DNA from: Octopus sinensis
Taxonomy: Eukaryota
DNA length: 64,000 bases
Direction: 5' to 3'
Assembly: GCF_006345805.1 (NCBI RefSeq)
Contig: NC_043009.1
Location: 25,420,001 to 25,484,000, forward strand
Shown here: in pieces, positions 37,256 to 50,189 of the stretch
How positions within the stretch are numbered: position 1 is the stretch's first letter
How the letters are laid out: every line of letters begins with the position of its first letter
Notes under the pieces: generated by a model
What the model was told of the DNA's origin: nothing
Databases searched by the model: none
Seen by the model: only the letters and a program-made list of their open reading frames with translations
Made by a program: the position numbers and the translations under genes

Positions 37256-39349
37256 CAACAAATTTCTCATCTTTTCCTGTTAGAGCTCATCAGTTCCTCT
37301 CCATCCCATTTCTCTTTCTTCTTTCACTATATCTCTTCTTCATCTTCTTTCTCACACTTTCTCTTGTATTTCTTTCCCCCTCTCTATCTTTCATCCTCTT
37401 TCTCTCCTCCTACTCCTCTAGTAACCAAACTACCAGTCATACCATATAACTAACCCATATGTGCAACTATAGCCAAAATGGCTAATAGGTCTGTCTCACA
37501 GTCCTACAGTTCTAGGTTCAATCCCACTTCGCAATGTCATCATCATTTTAACATCCACATTTCTGTCGATACAAATATTCTACAGCTGGATGCTCTTCCT
37601 GTCACCAGCCCTCACCTTTTCCCAAGCAAAGTAATATTTGCCCTAGCCAGGCATATTCTGCCCCAGAAGACTAGAAATGAACAAAACCTGAATGGTACTG
37701 ATGTATGTTTACATCCATCACGTGATGGCATGACATGAGTATGCACACACACACACACAGCAGACTTCTTTTCATTTCCTTCTTCCAAATCCACTCACCA
37801 AGGCTATAGTAGAAGACGCTAGCTCAAGGTGCGACACAGTAGGACTGAACCTAGAACCATGTGGTTAGGAAGCAAGCTTTTCAAACACACACTGTTCTTC
37901 TGTAATTTTGGGCCATCCCAAGCCTCATACGTAGAATTAACCCTTTTGTTTCCATATTTCTCTTCAAATATGCTGCCTCTTCTTCATTTAGTTTTGAAAT
38001 TGATGAAGAATTTAGTAAAAATGACTTTTTTTGTTATTAAGCTGGTGTTTAGAGCAAATATTAACCTGAAATTTTGATGAAAGGTTTCAATTTTGGTCCC
38101 ATTAAAACAGGAAGTTTGTATTATAGAACCAGGAACAGTCTTGGATAGGTTTAGGTAGAGGGATCCTCTGGAAGGTTGGTAACTGGATAGCATCATCGTC
38201 ATCATCATCTTTTTTTAATATATCCTTCCATGTTAAGGCTGTGAGCTGGCAGAAATGTTAGCTCGCCAGGTGAAATGCTTAGCGGTATTTCGTCTCTCTT
38301 TACGTTATGAGTTCAAATTCCGACGAGGTCGACTTTGCCTTACCTCCTTTCAGGGTTGATAAATTAAGTACCAGTTGCATACTGGGGATCATTCTAATCG
38401 ACTGCCCCTATCCCTCAAATTTCAGGCCTTGTGTCTAAAGTTAAAAAAAAGATATCCATCTTCCATGCTGGCATGGGTTGGGCAGGATGCAGCAAGTTGC
38501 TCCAGCACTTGCTTTGGTATAGTTTGTACTGCTTGATGGCCTTCCTAATGCCAACCACTTCAAAGTGTGTACTGAGTGCTCTTTCATGCTGTTGGCATGA
38601 ACAAGGTCACCAAGTTACTTGCAAAAAAACAAAATAAAAAAAGAAGTCCTCAACTGAGTGAGTGTGAGTGAATATTTGAGATTGGCGATGGCTATATGCC
38701 AGGTGTTGAGAGGCAATGGTATGACAGAGAGACAAGAATAGGTGTTTTGCTATGAAAGTGTTAAAGGAGTTTTTCTGTGGGCAGCAGCAGATCTGAATGA
38801 GTTCCTCGACCCTGGTGTAAATGCTTCCATGTTGTCTCAAAAGGCGAAAAGTATCATACGTTAATATCCAGTGTTAAGAGAATGAGTTGACCCCAGTTCA
38901 TTACTGGTGCTTGAAGCACATTAATGGCAAAGTCAGTGATGCATGGATTTTATACTCGGATTGTGAGGTCAGCATTAAATAGTGTCATTTAAAATTGTGC
39001 TTTACAATTTTACCAATAATAATAATAACAACTGTTTCTACTCTAGGCACAAGGCCCGAATTTTAGGGGAGAGGGCCAGTCAATTAGATTGACCCCAATA
39101 CACAACTGGTACTTAATTTATCAACCCCAAAAGGATGAAAGCAAAGTTGACCTTGGCGGAATTTGAACTCAGAACATAAAGACAGACGAAATCCAGCTAA
39201 GCATTTCGCTCGACATGCTAACATTTCTGCCTGTCTCGCAGCCTTAGCCAGGAGTTGCTGGGACAGAAATTAAAATGGTAGTGTTGGGGTACTACAGTGA
39301 ACTCACAAGGTGGGCATAAGAGAGAGGATATTGATAATGGAACAGAAAA

Positions 39350-39660
39350 CAAAGTTTGATAAGTGGTAAGGGTGTCTGGCTTATGATCGTATGGTTGTGA
39401 GTTCAATTCCTGGTGGTGTGTTGTGTCCTTGAGCAAGACACTTTATTTCATATTGCTTCAGTCCACTCAGCTGGCAAAAATGAGTTGTACCTGTAATTCA
39501 AAGGGGCCAGCATTGTCAGATTATATGTCATGCTGAATCTCCCCAGGAACACTGTTAAGGGTACATGTGTCTGTGGAGTGCTCGGCCACTTGCATGTTAA
39601 TTTCACGATGAAGCTGCTCCGTTCATCGGATCAACTGGAACCCCTATGGTCATAATGGGT
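39350..39660 (+). mobile_element. tRNA-derived SINE family C (gtgtccttgagcaagacac / cagtccactcagctg core)
   Basis: tRNA-like head (agtggtaaggg...gagttcaattcc) plus a conserved core. Partial copies at ~26885, 42520 and 60625. Confidence 0.75.
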
Positions 39661-41239
39661 AGAACACCAGTTTTAAGTGTGTGTGAGAGAGTTAGAGATG
39701 GAGGAAGAGGTGAGTGTGAAGAAGGGTGGGGTGAGGTGGTGGGGGAGGGTCTTTTAATCGATAGGGTTAGACTTGGTGCTCGCGGTGCTATCCTGGTTCC
39801 ATCCGAAGATTACTTTCAAGGTAGACGCATCTTGAATATGCAGCCACATAGCCTCTGGCCTCTTATACAATACCGAGTCTACCTGATGATTAATTTAAGG
39901 TCCAAAACATCTGTGAGATACTCAGCCATTCGAGGCACAGAAGTTTGTAGAAAGCATCCTGTAAGATGCACTGCACTAGAAAATCAGTGAGCCTGCCTTG
40001 TCACTGACAGTTAAGGCTCCCAGTGTGACTGTGGAATACTCAGGCACCTGCTATAAGCTATAGCACTCCTAATTCACTGAGTGGCTTGTTATGTTGACTG
40101 AACTACTGGAAAGCTCGTTGTCGAAACAAGACGCAAGATCCATCACAACTAATGCATCATTTCCTATACTTTGTGGTTGTATTCCATCTGTAAGTACATT
40201 TTACTGGGAGTTAAATGCTTGTGATGTGACTGCTGCTGCTGCTGCTACTACTGCTTGTTATTGCTACTGCTACTATTACTGCTATTGTTGCATCCGGTGC
40301 ACCTGAACTGCATGCTGTGTGTGTGTGGTGTGAGGTATGCATGTGTGTTGTACTGTTTCGATATGTGCTTGGATCGTTGCGTGTGTGTATGTGAGAAAGA
40401 TCAAGAGAGAGAGAGACCTTTTAAGTGTGAGATTGTATGTGAGTGTAAATACACCTTGCAAATTTTATACTGATTGTGTGTGTGTGTGTATGTGTGTGTG
40501 ACTGCATCTGTTAAATAAACGTGTTGCAGTTATTTAGCTTACTAAATTATATATCATGTTTGCGTGTGTGACAGAGCCAGTATACAACCATACAGGTATG
40601 TGTATCCAACAACAAAAATTCATGTATAGAGCCATGTGAATTGATACAAAATATATATGTAACGTGCATACAGTATGTGTGTACATTCGCTCACATGCGC
40701 GTGCATGTGTAAAGTATATAAGTATATACATGTGTATAACAGATGAACTGAGTCGGGTGTGTATACTGTTGTATGTGTACACCTGAGCACATAGGCATAT
40801 GTGGAACAAATGCCAGTGTGTCTATAGATTTGTATATGTGCACAATGAGGCTTGCATATGTTGTAAGGTGTGTGTGTGTGTATGGCTATCAAATGTAGAG
40901 TTAAGACTATTTAAATAGATGTGTTATGTGTGTGTATATATATTCACATGTACATACACACAGGTGGGTAGGTGTCGGTGTAGACAACCAACAAGTGTTA
41001 TACTAGTCTACTAATTGTGTAACAGGTGTGTGTGTGTGTGTACCTGCTTGTCTGACTGTCTGTCCAACAATTAAAGCATTTAATCTTTCACTAATTGAAT
41101 AATAGACATATGTATATATGTCAATAATTGTTCTTGTGTGTCTGTATGTACTTCTGTGTATCTGTGTTTACCTTACCAACAGTTGTTATATTAAGCCTCA
41201 CAAATTGTATAATACATTTCTCTCTCTCTCCCTCTCTCC

Positions 41240-41472
41240 CTATATATATATATCTATATATACATACACACTTATATATATATATACTCATATATATATG
41301 CACATACATATATGTATATGCACATACAGACACACACTCATACACACATATGTGTGTGTGTGTGTGTATATGTATGTATGTATATATATATATATATATA
41401 TATGTGTATATATATATGTGTGTGTGTGTGTGTATATATATATGTGTGTGTATGTATATATATATGTGTGTG

Positions 41473-41503
<31 letters not shown>

Positions 41504-41518
41504 ATATATATGTGTGTG

Positions 41519-41551
<33 letters not shown>

Positions 41552-41558
41552 ATATATA

Positions 41559-41594
<36 letters not shown>

Positions 41595-41640
41595 CATACA
41601 GATACACACACACATACTGACACACTCACACAGACACACA
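41240..41640. repeat. Long compound (TA)n/(TG)n microsatellite
   Basis: Direct inspection. It is the source of the spurious CVYIY/THTH ORFs. Confidence 0.98.
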
Positions 41641-41979
41641 TATTCACATACATCTGAATGTGAGTGTGTGTGTATGAATGTTGAACATGAGTGGAAATAT
41701 GTGTGAAACAACGAGAGAATGAGAGAGAGAGAGAGAAAGAGAACAGCAAGTGCTCTATTAATCTTCTCTAATTCTCCTCATTAACATAGATTGATTTTTC
41801 TCCCAATCTTATTTCTTGTTATTTTCTCTCTTTCTTAGCTTAGCCTCTATTTCTACTTCAATCCAGTCAAGTAAAGCATTTCGATTATCTCCCTTCCTGT
41901 CTCTCACCACATCCTCCTCCTCCGCCTGCCATCTTCGTCTTCTGCGTGTGTTCTTTTAGTCCTTCGTTTGCTTCTACAC

Positions 41980-42402
41980 AGTGGACTGTGGCCATGCTGG
42001 AGTATCACCTTCAAGGCTATTTGTCAATCAGTTTGGCTCCAGTATTTATTTTAGTCCATTCTTTAGTCAAAGAAATCAACACCCAGGACTTATACTTTGT
42101 AAGCCTAGTACTTATTCTATTGTTCACTTTTGCCAAAATGCTAAGTTACGGGGACGTAAACGCACCAACATCGGCTGTCAAGCGATGGTGATGGGGTGGG
42201 GAGACAAATACACACGCGCACACACATATTTGTGTATATGCGGCAGGCTTCTTTCAGTTTCCATCTACCAAATCCACTCTCAAGGTTTTGGTCTGCTTGA
42301 GGCTATAGTAAAAGAGACTTGCCCAAGGTGCCACGCAAAGGGACTGAACCTGGAACCGTGTGGTTGGCAAGCAAGCTACTTAACACACAGCCACTCCTGC
42401 GC
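41980..42402 (-). mobile_element. SINE family A, full-length copy
   Basis: Head, (TG)n linker and tail (...ccagcatggccacagtc) are all present. Similar full copies at 44263-44633 (-), 45393-45750 (+), 56347-56660 (+) and 62335-62690 (+). Confidence 0.85.
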
Positions 42403-43029
42403 CTCTTTTTATTTATCAAATGGCTAAGTTACCACATGTCCTACAAAGATGCCACATGGTATACAAGACTTATACAAATGAACATATATACATGTTCATG
42501 TGTTTGTGTGCATAGTGAAAACATGTGGCTTAGTGGTTATGGTGGACTGTGTCCTTGAGCAAGACTCTTTAGTTCACGTTTCTCCAGTATATTCGGCATA
42601 GCAAAAATGAGTTGTACCTGTAATGCATTCTGGGTGTCACTCTGAATCTCCCTGAGAACTTTAAGATTATGCGTGTCTGTGGAGTACTCTGCCACTTACT
42701 GGAAACCTTGTTGCAACTGATGGAGTACCAGTTTGTATTTAGTCAAATATCAACCTTTTGTTTCTCTATCATCATCATCATCATCATCATCATCAGTAAC
42801 ATCCTTTCTTTCTATGCCTGCATGGATCAAATGGAATTGGTTAAGGTAGATTTTTCTGCAACCAGGTACCTTTCTTATTGCCAAATCTCACCTCCTTTCT
42901 GAGCAAGATAATGTTTTTTTGTTTATGGAAGACTGGGAATAAACAACCTCGTTTGTATGACAGGGATGCTCATTTACAACCAGCATGATATCAAGATGAG
43001 GTTATACACACTCAGACGCACACGTATTA

Positions 43030-43705
43030 TATAATCCTTTCTACTGCAGGCACAAGGCCTGAAATGGTGGGGGGGAGGCAGTTGGTTAGATCCACCCCAG
43101 TATGCAACTGGTACTTAATTTATCGACACTGAAAGGATGAAAGGCAGAGTTGACCATGGCAGAATTTGAACTCAGAACGTAAAGACAGGAAATACCGCTA
43201 AGCATTTTGCCCGGCATGCTAACGATTCTGCCAGCTCGCCGTCACATGTATTGCATAATGATAATAATAATCATCTTTTTTCCTATATAGGCACAAGGCC
43301 TGAAATTTATGGGAGGGGAATAGTCAATTATATTGACCTTAGTACTCGGCTGGTACTTATTTTATCGACCCAGAAAGGATGAAAGGCAAATTTTGAACTC
43401 TGTACACAAAGATGGACAAAATACCACTATGCATTTTGGCACAAAGCCAGCAATTTTGGGAGTTGGGGGTGAGTCAATTACATCAGCCCCAGTACTTGGG
43501 GAATAAGCCGCCGGGTGAGATAGTGAAGATGCCGACAACCGCTCGGTTCAAAGTAATAATAATAATAACAATCCTTTCTACTATAGGCACAAGGCCTGAA
43601 ATTTTGGGGGTGAGGCTAAGTCAGTAACATCGACCCCAGTGCATAACTGGTACCTATTTTATCAACCCCAGAAGGATGAAAGGCAAAGTCAATTTGAACT
43701 CAGAA
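43030..43705 (-). mobile_element. Three or four head-to-tail copies of tRNA-derived SINE family B (aaggcggcgagctggcagaatcgttagc head)
   Basis: Repeated ggcacaaggcctgaaat...gaccccagt...actggtact...gaaaggatgaaaggcaaag...tttgaactcag blocks separated by (AAT)n. Confidence 0.85.
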
Positions 43706-43749
43706 GGTAGCAATGGGTGAATTATTTTATAATAAGAATCTTGTATACA

Positions 43750-44068
43750 GTGTTCAGGTGCACAACCACTCATCGAAAAATGTAACCAAGAATACCTGTA
43801 CAGTACATAGAATAATGCGCAAAAAGACAAAGACGTGAACTGTAAATGTATACTATTGTGTAGTGTTAGCAAATTCTGGGAAGCATGGAAATTTTGGAGG
43901 TTGTAGTGGCCTGACATCAATCAACTGAGGTAGTTTATTCCATGCTTCAGCAATTCTGAGCATGAAAAAATATTTCTGATTCATGCATGCTATGCTGCTT
44001 TCTGGTTTTGTAAGCATGCCCACAGGTGTTACGCATATGGAATTCAAAAAGGTGCCCGAGGTTGTCAT
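43750..44068 (-). mobile_element. CR1/L2-type LINE ORF2 3' fragment
   Basis: FEFH..NT.GHAYK.RKQHS... then FFMLRIAEAWNKLPQLI, the CR1-clade RGH..K / FFxxRVxxxWNxLP C-terminal signature. Frameshifted. Confidence 0.8.
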
Positions 44069-45187
44069 TTATATATGTACATATGTTTGACTGGTTTCTT
44101 TCCATTTCCATTCTTAAATCAACTTATGAGGCCTTAGTTGCCCCAAGTCTATAAAAGAAGACATCTATTCAAAGTGTTGCACAGTGGGACTGAACCTGAG
44201 GTGATGTAGATAGGAAGCAAGCTTCTTAATCACACACCCATGCCTGATACGTACATATATATTCTTTTACTTGTTTCAGTCATTTGATTCCAGTCATGCT
44301 GGAGCAGCGCCTTTAGTCAAACAAATCGACCCCAAGACTTATTCTGTCAGCCTCTTTTGCTGAACTGCTAAGTTACTGAGATGTAAACACACCAACATTG
44401 GTTGTCAAGCGATGGTGGTGAGGACAAACACAGACACACAAATACATGTGCGTGTATATCATATATATATATATATACAACAAGCTTCTTTCAGTTTCCG
44501 TCTGTGAAATCACTCACAAAGCTTTGGTTGGCCTAAGGCTACAGTAGAAGACACTTACACAAGGTGCCACACAGTGGGACTGAACCCACAACCATGTGAA
44601 TGGGAATCAAGCTTCTTACCACAGTCACTCCTATAGTTATGTTATACTCTGTTAAGAACATAGTAGAATACAGTATAAAGCTCGTCCACCTTCAGATTTC
44701 TCCTGGTGCTATCCAGTAGTAGTATTATATGTACTGCCAGATTTGCATTGTGGCTTCTGTACAACCACAACATATTTCTTGATATACTCAGTGGTTGGTA
44801 CTACCTCGCAGGCCACAACAGACAGATAGGATGCACTTGAAGCCGAGGATTTGAGTTTATGGAAACGATATTTATATATCACCTGAGGAAACACAACTAG
44901 ATCTCATAATGCGAGGAAACAGTTACATAACCAAATACCTGCAAGCCTAGACAATTATGTTGCATGGAAACAATTGTAGTAATTACAAATAAATCTCGAA
45001 CTATTCTCCTTCTTGTTGACACCAACTAATTCAGTTATATATATATATAATCGGACACAGACAATGTGTTGTTAGCCAGCTGGAAGAGATGTTTTTCTGG
45101 GGCTATAAACAACAGTAGCATCGTCTTCTATGGGTCCGCCACATTTAGATGTCAAATTTACCTCATGATATATTTGTGTGTGTATAT

Positions 45188-45265
<78 letters not shown>

Positions 45266-46059
45266 ATACACACACATAGATGTAGAGTAATGGGGATTTG
45301 AAACCTGGGCAGGTACCTTATTAGGACTGATATAATTCAGATCTCATTAATCACATCAATAGGAAACATACAGAATCATTTAAGATAAACAGCAGGAGTG
45401 GCTGTATGTTAAGTAGCTTGCTTACCAATCACATGGTCCCACCTTGGGTAAGTGTCTTCTACTATAGCCTTGGGCCGACCAAAGCCTTGTGAGTGGATTT
45501 GGTAGACAGAAACTGGAAGACGCCTGTTGTATATGTATATATATGTATGTGTGTGTCTGTGTTTATCCCCCAAATATTGCTTGACAACTGATGTTGGTGT
45601 GTTTACATCTCCGTAACTTAGTGGTTCAGCAAAAGAGAGCGATAGAATAAGTACTAGGCTTACAAAGAATAAGCTCTGGGGTCGATTTGCTTGACTGAAG
45701 GCAGTTCTCCAGCATGGCCGCAGTCAAATGACTGAAACAGGTAAAAGAGAATACTTCACTCAACAGTTAAATCCTGGGTTTGTTTCATTGGGTTTCATAC
45801 AACATACACCGTATATAATCAAAACATTATAAAGAAGACTGGAGAATTATACTCCTTCAAAATTCATTGATTACAGTATTATTTTCATTAAATTCCAATC
45901 CAGTATGAGTTTCTGCATGTTAGAGTGGAATTTAATGAGAATGATAGCATAATAAACAACTTTCAAGATGTATAAATTCTCCATTCTTCTTTATGAGACC
46001 TTGGTTTTACTCTCTCTCTCTATCATCACTTTTACATCTGGTTTTTCGTAACTTGCATG

Positions 46060-46300
46060 AATAGGATTGGTCCTTTCCTGCTCAGCGTCCCACCACATGC
46101 TGGTCCTTTTGTCATTTCCATTATGAGGTTCAACTTCCTGGGTTGCAGTGGTTTGCCACTTTTGGTCCATGGTTTCCTTGATGGTCCTCTTTCATGCTCT
46201 CCTTCCACTTGAATCTTCTGGTACTTCATTTACCATCTCTTATCATCCATATACATTGAATATCTGTATCAATGCAGTCTTCATTCTGTAACTTCTAACA
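46060..46300 (-). mobile_element. Decayed RTE-type LINE ORF 3' end
   Basis: RMDDKRW...KIQVEGEHERGPSRKPW...RKLNLIMEMTK resembles the RTE VEGxRxRGRPRKxW motif. Confidence 0.65.
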
Positions 46301-46350
46301 ATTACTGAATTTATATATACATACATATAACATAAATACAGTTATTATAC

Positions 46351-47520
46351 GGGTGCGCTGAAAGTGTAGCTGCTAGAATAAGAATAGCTTGGGCAAAGTT
46401 CAGAGAGCTCTTACCTCTGCTAGTGACAAAGGGCCTCTTACTCAGAGTAAAAGGTAGACTGTATGACGCTTGTGTATGAACAGCCATGCTACATGGCAGT
46501 GAAACATGGGCTGTGACTGCTGAGGACATGCGTAAGCTTGTAAGGAATGAAACCAGTTTGATCCGATGGATGTATAATGTCAGTGTGCATACTCGACAGT
46601 GTAAGTACCTTGAGAGAAAAGTTGGACCTAAGAAGCATCAAATGTGGTGTGCAAGAGAGATGACTGCGCTGGTATGGTCATGTGGTGAGAATGGATGAGG
46701 ATAGCTGTGTGAAAAAGTGCCACACCCCAGCAGTCGAGGGAACCTGTGAAAGAAGTAGATCCAGGAAGACCTGGGATGAAGTGGTGAAGCATGACCTTCG
46801 AACATTAGGCCTCACCAAGGAAATGACTAGCGACTGAGACTTTTGGAAATATGCTGTGCCAAATGAGACCATAACCTGTGGCCTATGCCAGGAGCATAAC
46901 CAGCCCGCTTATGCGTACCTTTACCTTCTTTGGACACTAAACTCTGCTTGCGAAGACCTATTGAGGCAAGTGTGATCAAAATCAAATTCGATTACTGGCA
47001 TCCATGCTAGCAGGGTGCAAAGAGCACCATACGAGTGTGATCGTTGACAGAGCGGCCAACCGGCTTCCATGCCAGTGGCACATAAAAGGCACTATTTGAG
47101 TCTCATCATTACCAGCATTGCCTTACTGGGACTTGTACCCGTGCTAGTAGGGTGCCAAGAGCACCATCCGAGCGTGATCATTGCCAGAGCAGGCAACTGG
47201 CTTCCGTGCTGGTGGCACGTAAAAGGGTACCATTCAAGCGTGATCGTTACGAACGTCACCTTACTGGCACCTGTGCCGGTGGCATGTGTAAAATGATTCT
47301 AGCGAGATCATTGCTAGTACCGCCTGACTGGCCCTCGTGCCAGTGGCACATAAAAAGCACCCACTACATTCCCGTACTTGTTGGTGTTAGGAAGGGCACC
47401 CAGCTGTAGAAACTCTGCCAGATCAAGATTGGAGCCTGGTGCAGCCATCTGGTTCACCAGCCCTCAGTCAAAATCGTCCAACCCATGCTAGCATGGAAAA
47501 CGGACGTTAAACGATGATGA
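46351..47520 (+). mobile_element. 5'-truncated RTE-clade LINE (ORF C-terminus, 3'UTR and GAT tail)
   Basis: GCAESVAARIRIAWAKFRELLPLLVTKGLLLRVKGRLYDACV*TAMLHGSETWAVTAEDMRKL...RLRWYGHVVRMDED...RSRKTWDEVVKHDLRTLGL. Ends ggacgttaaacgatgatga abutting (TA)n. Confidence 0.92.
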
Positions 47521-47521
47521 T

Positions 47522-47563
<42 letters not shown>

Positions 47564-49084
47564 CATTTCTAAATCTCTTAGAGAGATTTATACAGTAGCA
47601 TCATGATAAGGTGATGTTATGTTGCCAACTTAATGTGGCAGTCCCATGAAAAGGAGGAATGCTACTGCTATTTAACCCTAGGAAACACCGTTTCTAGTTG
47701 GCCAGGGCATATTTTCTGTGTCATTCATATATATATATATATATAAAATAATGTACGTATTATAATGTAACAAACGAAGAAAAAGATTCCTTCAATGGGG
47801 TTTAAAACATCCAATTAACTGGTACATCACTTAAATACAACAGAAATAGGAGTATAAATACAAATTAGAAACAAATTAGATAGAGGAATAGAATTGACAA
47901 TCTAACAATTTATTTTATATTATATTATGATATAAATAAATTGTTATATATGTGTGTGTGGCTCATCATCACCAATGCCATCTCAATTATTTGCTTTGGT
48001 TCTCAAAAGAGTAGAATAAATACCAGCCTTTAAAATATGTACTGATGTATGCATCCATTTGTGTGTCTCCTTGTCTTCACATTGTGACAGTTGTAAACCA
48101 GTGTCACCATCATATAAGTGGTGCGATTTTATTTCCAGTCTTCCATGAAAAACATGTCTGGCTATAGGGAAACGGGACTTGCTTGGAAATGAGGGTTGGT
48201 GACAGGAAGGGCATGCAGTCATAGAAAATGTGCATTCAGTGAAGTTTGTCTGACCTGTGCAACCATGCATAAGTAGACATTACAATGATACTGATAATAT
48301 ACATACATATACACACACATACATATGCAGGTATGTATATTGTTATAAAATGAGGAATATCCAAAGATGAATATTTCTTCCAAGTGCCAGTGAAGAATGC
48401 AAGGAACCAATACTAGATATACCCCACCACTGTATACAACACTTCACCATTCCACAGCAGAGAATGGTAATTCCTGCAACAGGAGACACAATGTAAACAA
48501 CGCAGTAACAATCGGACGGTCGTGGGTTTTTTTTTTTTTTTTCACTTTGGCTGCAACTGTTGTTTAACAATTGCACATGTGCAATCATGTGACCTTGATT
48601 CTGGCTAATCAATGACCTTCACCCTTGGGAAACCATATGGTGAAAGAAAGATTCCCTTCCCTGCTCCGTTTGAGCATTGTTTGGTTGGTTGGTTGGTCGA
48701 TGGTGGTGGGTGAATGGATGGATGGAATATTTTTTGGGGATCTTGTTTTCTCACCCCCCCCCTCTCACTTGCAGCTAAGCTGAAAAACTAGGGGCACACA
48801 GTCAAGGACAGCCAGAAATTATCACACACACACACATGGTATAGGAGTGTTTATACACATACACATTTGCTGGTCACTGCCTTCTCTTGCTGTTAAAATA
48901 ACTAGGGGTTGCATACCATTCCAAAGGGAGAAACAGCAGCAGCAGTGGTGGTGGTGTTGAATAGAATAAGGTGGGTCACCTGATACTAGGTCAAAGGTAA
49001 TTTTTTTAATATGTTCTTATATGACTTGACCTAAGTTGACCTTTGACCTCTTTGTTTTTTTGTACTGTACTATGACCTAGAATA

Positions 49085-49709
49085 CCACCATCCCCTGTTA
49101 CTGATAGCATCATTATAACAATGACCATTGCCATCACAGTACTTCTACTACCACCACTCCCCTTGTTGCTTCGATCCCACCATCAACATCATTAACACTG
49201 TTATTGCTGCTACTACAACTACTACCATTATAATCATCATCATGGTCGTCACTCCTGCTGCTGCTGCCACCATCCCTGTCCTCATCATTACCTCCATCCC
49301 AGTTGCTACTGTTACTGGCATCATCTTCATCATCATTATCATCCACAGTACAACTGAACAACCACCACCACCATCATCATCATCATCTTTTTTTGTAGCA
49401 GTTATCAGACTTGGAACTGTTCTTTCTGCTGTTCCACTACATACCTTCGTGTATTGGACTGTTTCCAGTATTTGGACACTCAGGTGTGGTGGTCATGGTT
49501 TTGACACTGATTGTTGTTGTTGTGGTTTATAATAGTTGAAGTGGTGGTGGTCGTGGCTTTTGATGTGACAGTTGTTTTAGTTATACTGTAGTGATAGTTG
49601 TAGTTGTGGTGGTAGTAGCAGCAGTAGCAGTGGTGGTTGTAGTAGTAGCAGTGGTGGTGGTTGCTACTGTAGTTGTGATTATCATTAATGAAACTGTTAG
49701 AAATGTCAT

Positions 49710-49740
<31 letters not shown>

Positions 49741-49810
49741 CGGTGGTGGCGGTTGTAATTGTGTAGACTTTTTCCTGTACCCCCCCCCCACCACCACCAC
49801 CACCTTCCCC
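49085..49810. repeat. Cryptic triplet low-complexity block: (ACC/ATC/ACT)-rich, then (GGT/GTA/GTT)-rich
   Basis: Direct inspection. It is the source of the poly-T/V/H/D ORFs. Confidence 0.85.
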
Positions 49811-50189
49811 TACACTTCAACATTCTCCCATCACCTGGTCCTTACTTGGAACCTTAACAGGATTCTGTTATACTGCAAGTATTTGAGCCTAAGTCTGTGG
49901 CTAGCTTAACCCCTCACCCCTCCCCTTTCAGGCACTGATAAGGGGCACAGCCAATGGCATTGCCCTTTCTCTCTTTGACTCATTAACAAAAAAGTAATTA
50001 CGTTGTTTAGTTGTTTACACAGTTGTTTTGTTAGATTCCTTATGTGAAATCCTGGGCCGGAACATTGTCATAAAAAGTAATTAAAACCTTGTAACTGCAT
50101 TGGTAGTATCATTGTTTAAAGTTAGGGGTTATTAGAATAGTTAAATGTAGTAGTAGTAGGTGGTGGTGGTGATAGTAAAATGTAATAAT

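Noticed and set aside
39884-40008. Possible C/D-box snoRNA (CTGATGA...CTGA) in a ribosome-biogenesis gene intron
   Set aside because: Imperfect C box, no terminal stem, and no recognisable rRNA antisense element.
41118-41749. Long overlapping ORFs (150-196 aa) in all frames
   Set aside because: Translations of (TA)n/(TG)n microsatellite (CVYIY/THTH repeats). The same applies to ORFs at 6771-7188, 20639-21125, 40534-40892 and 45066-45290.
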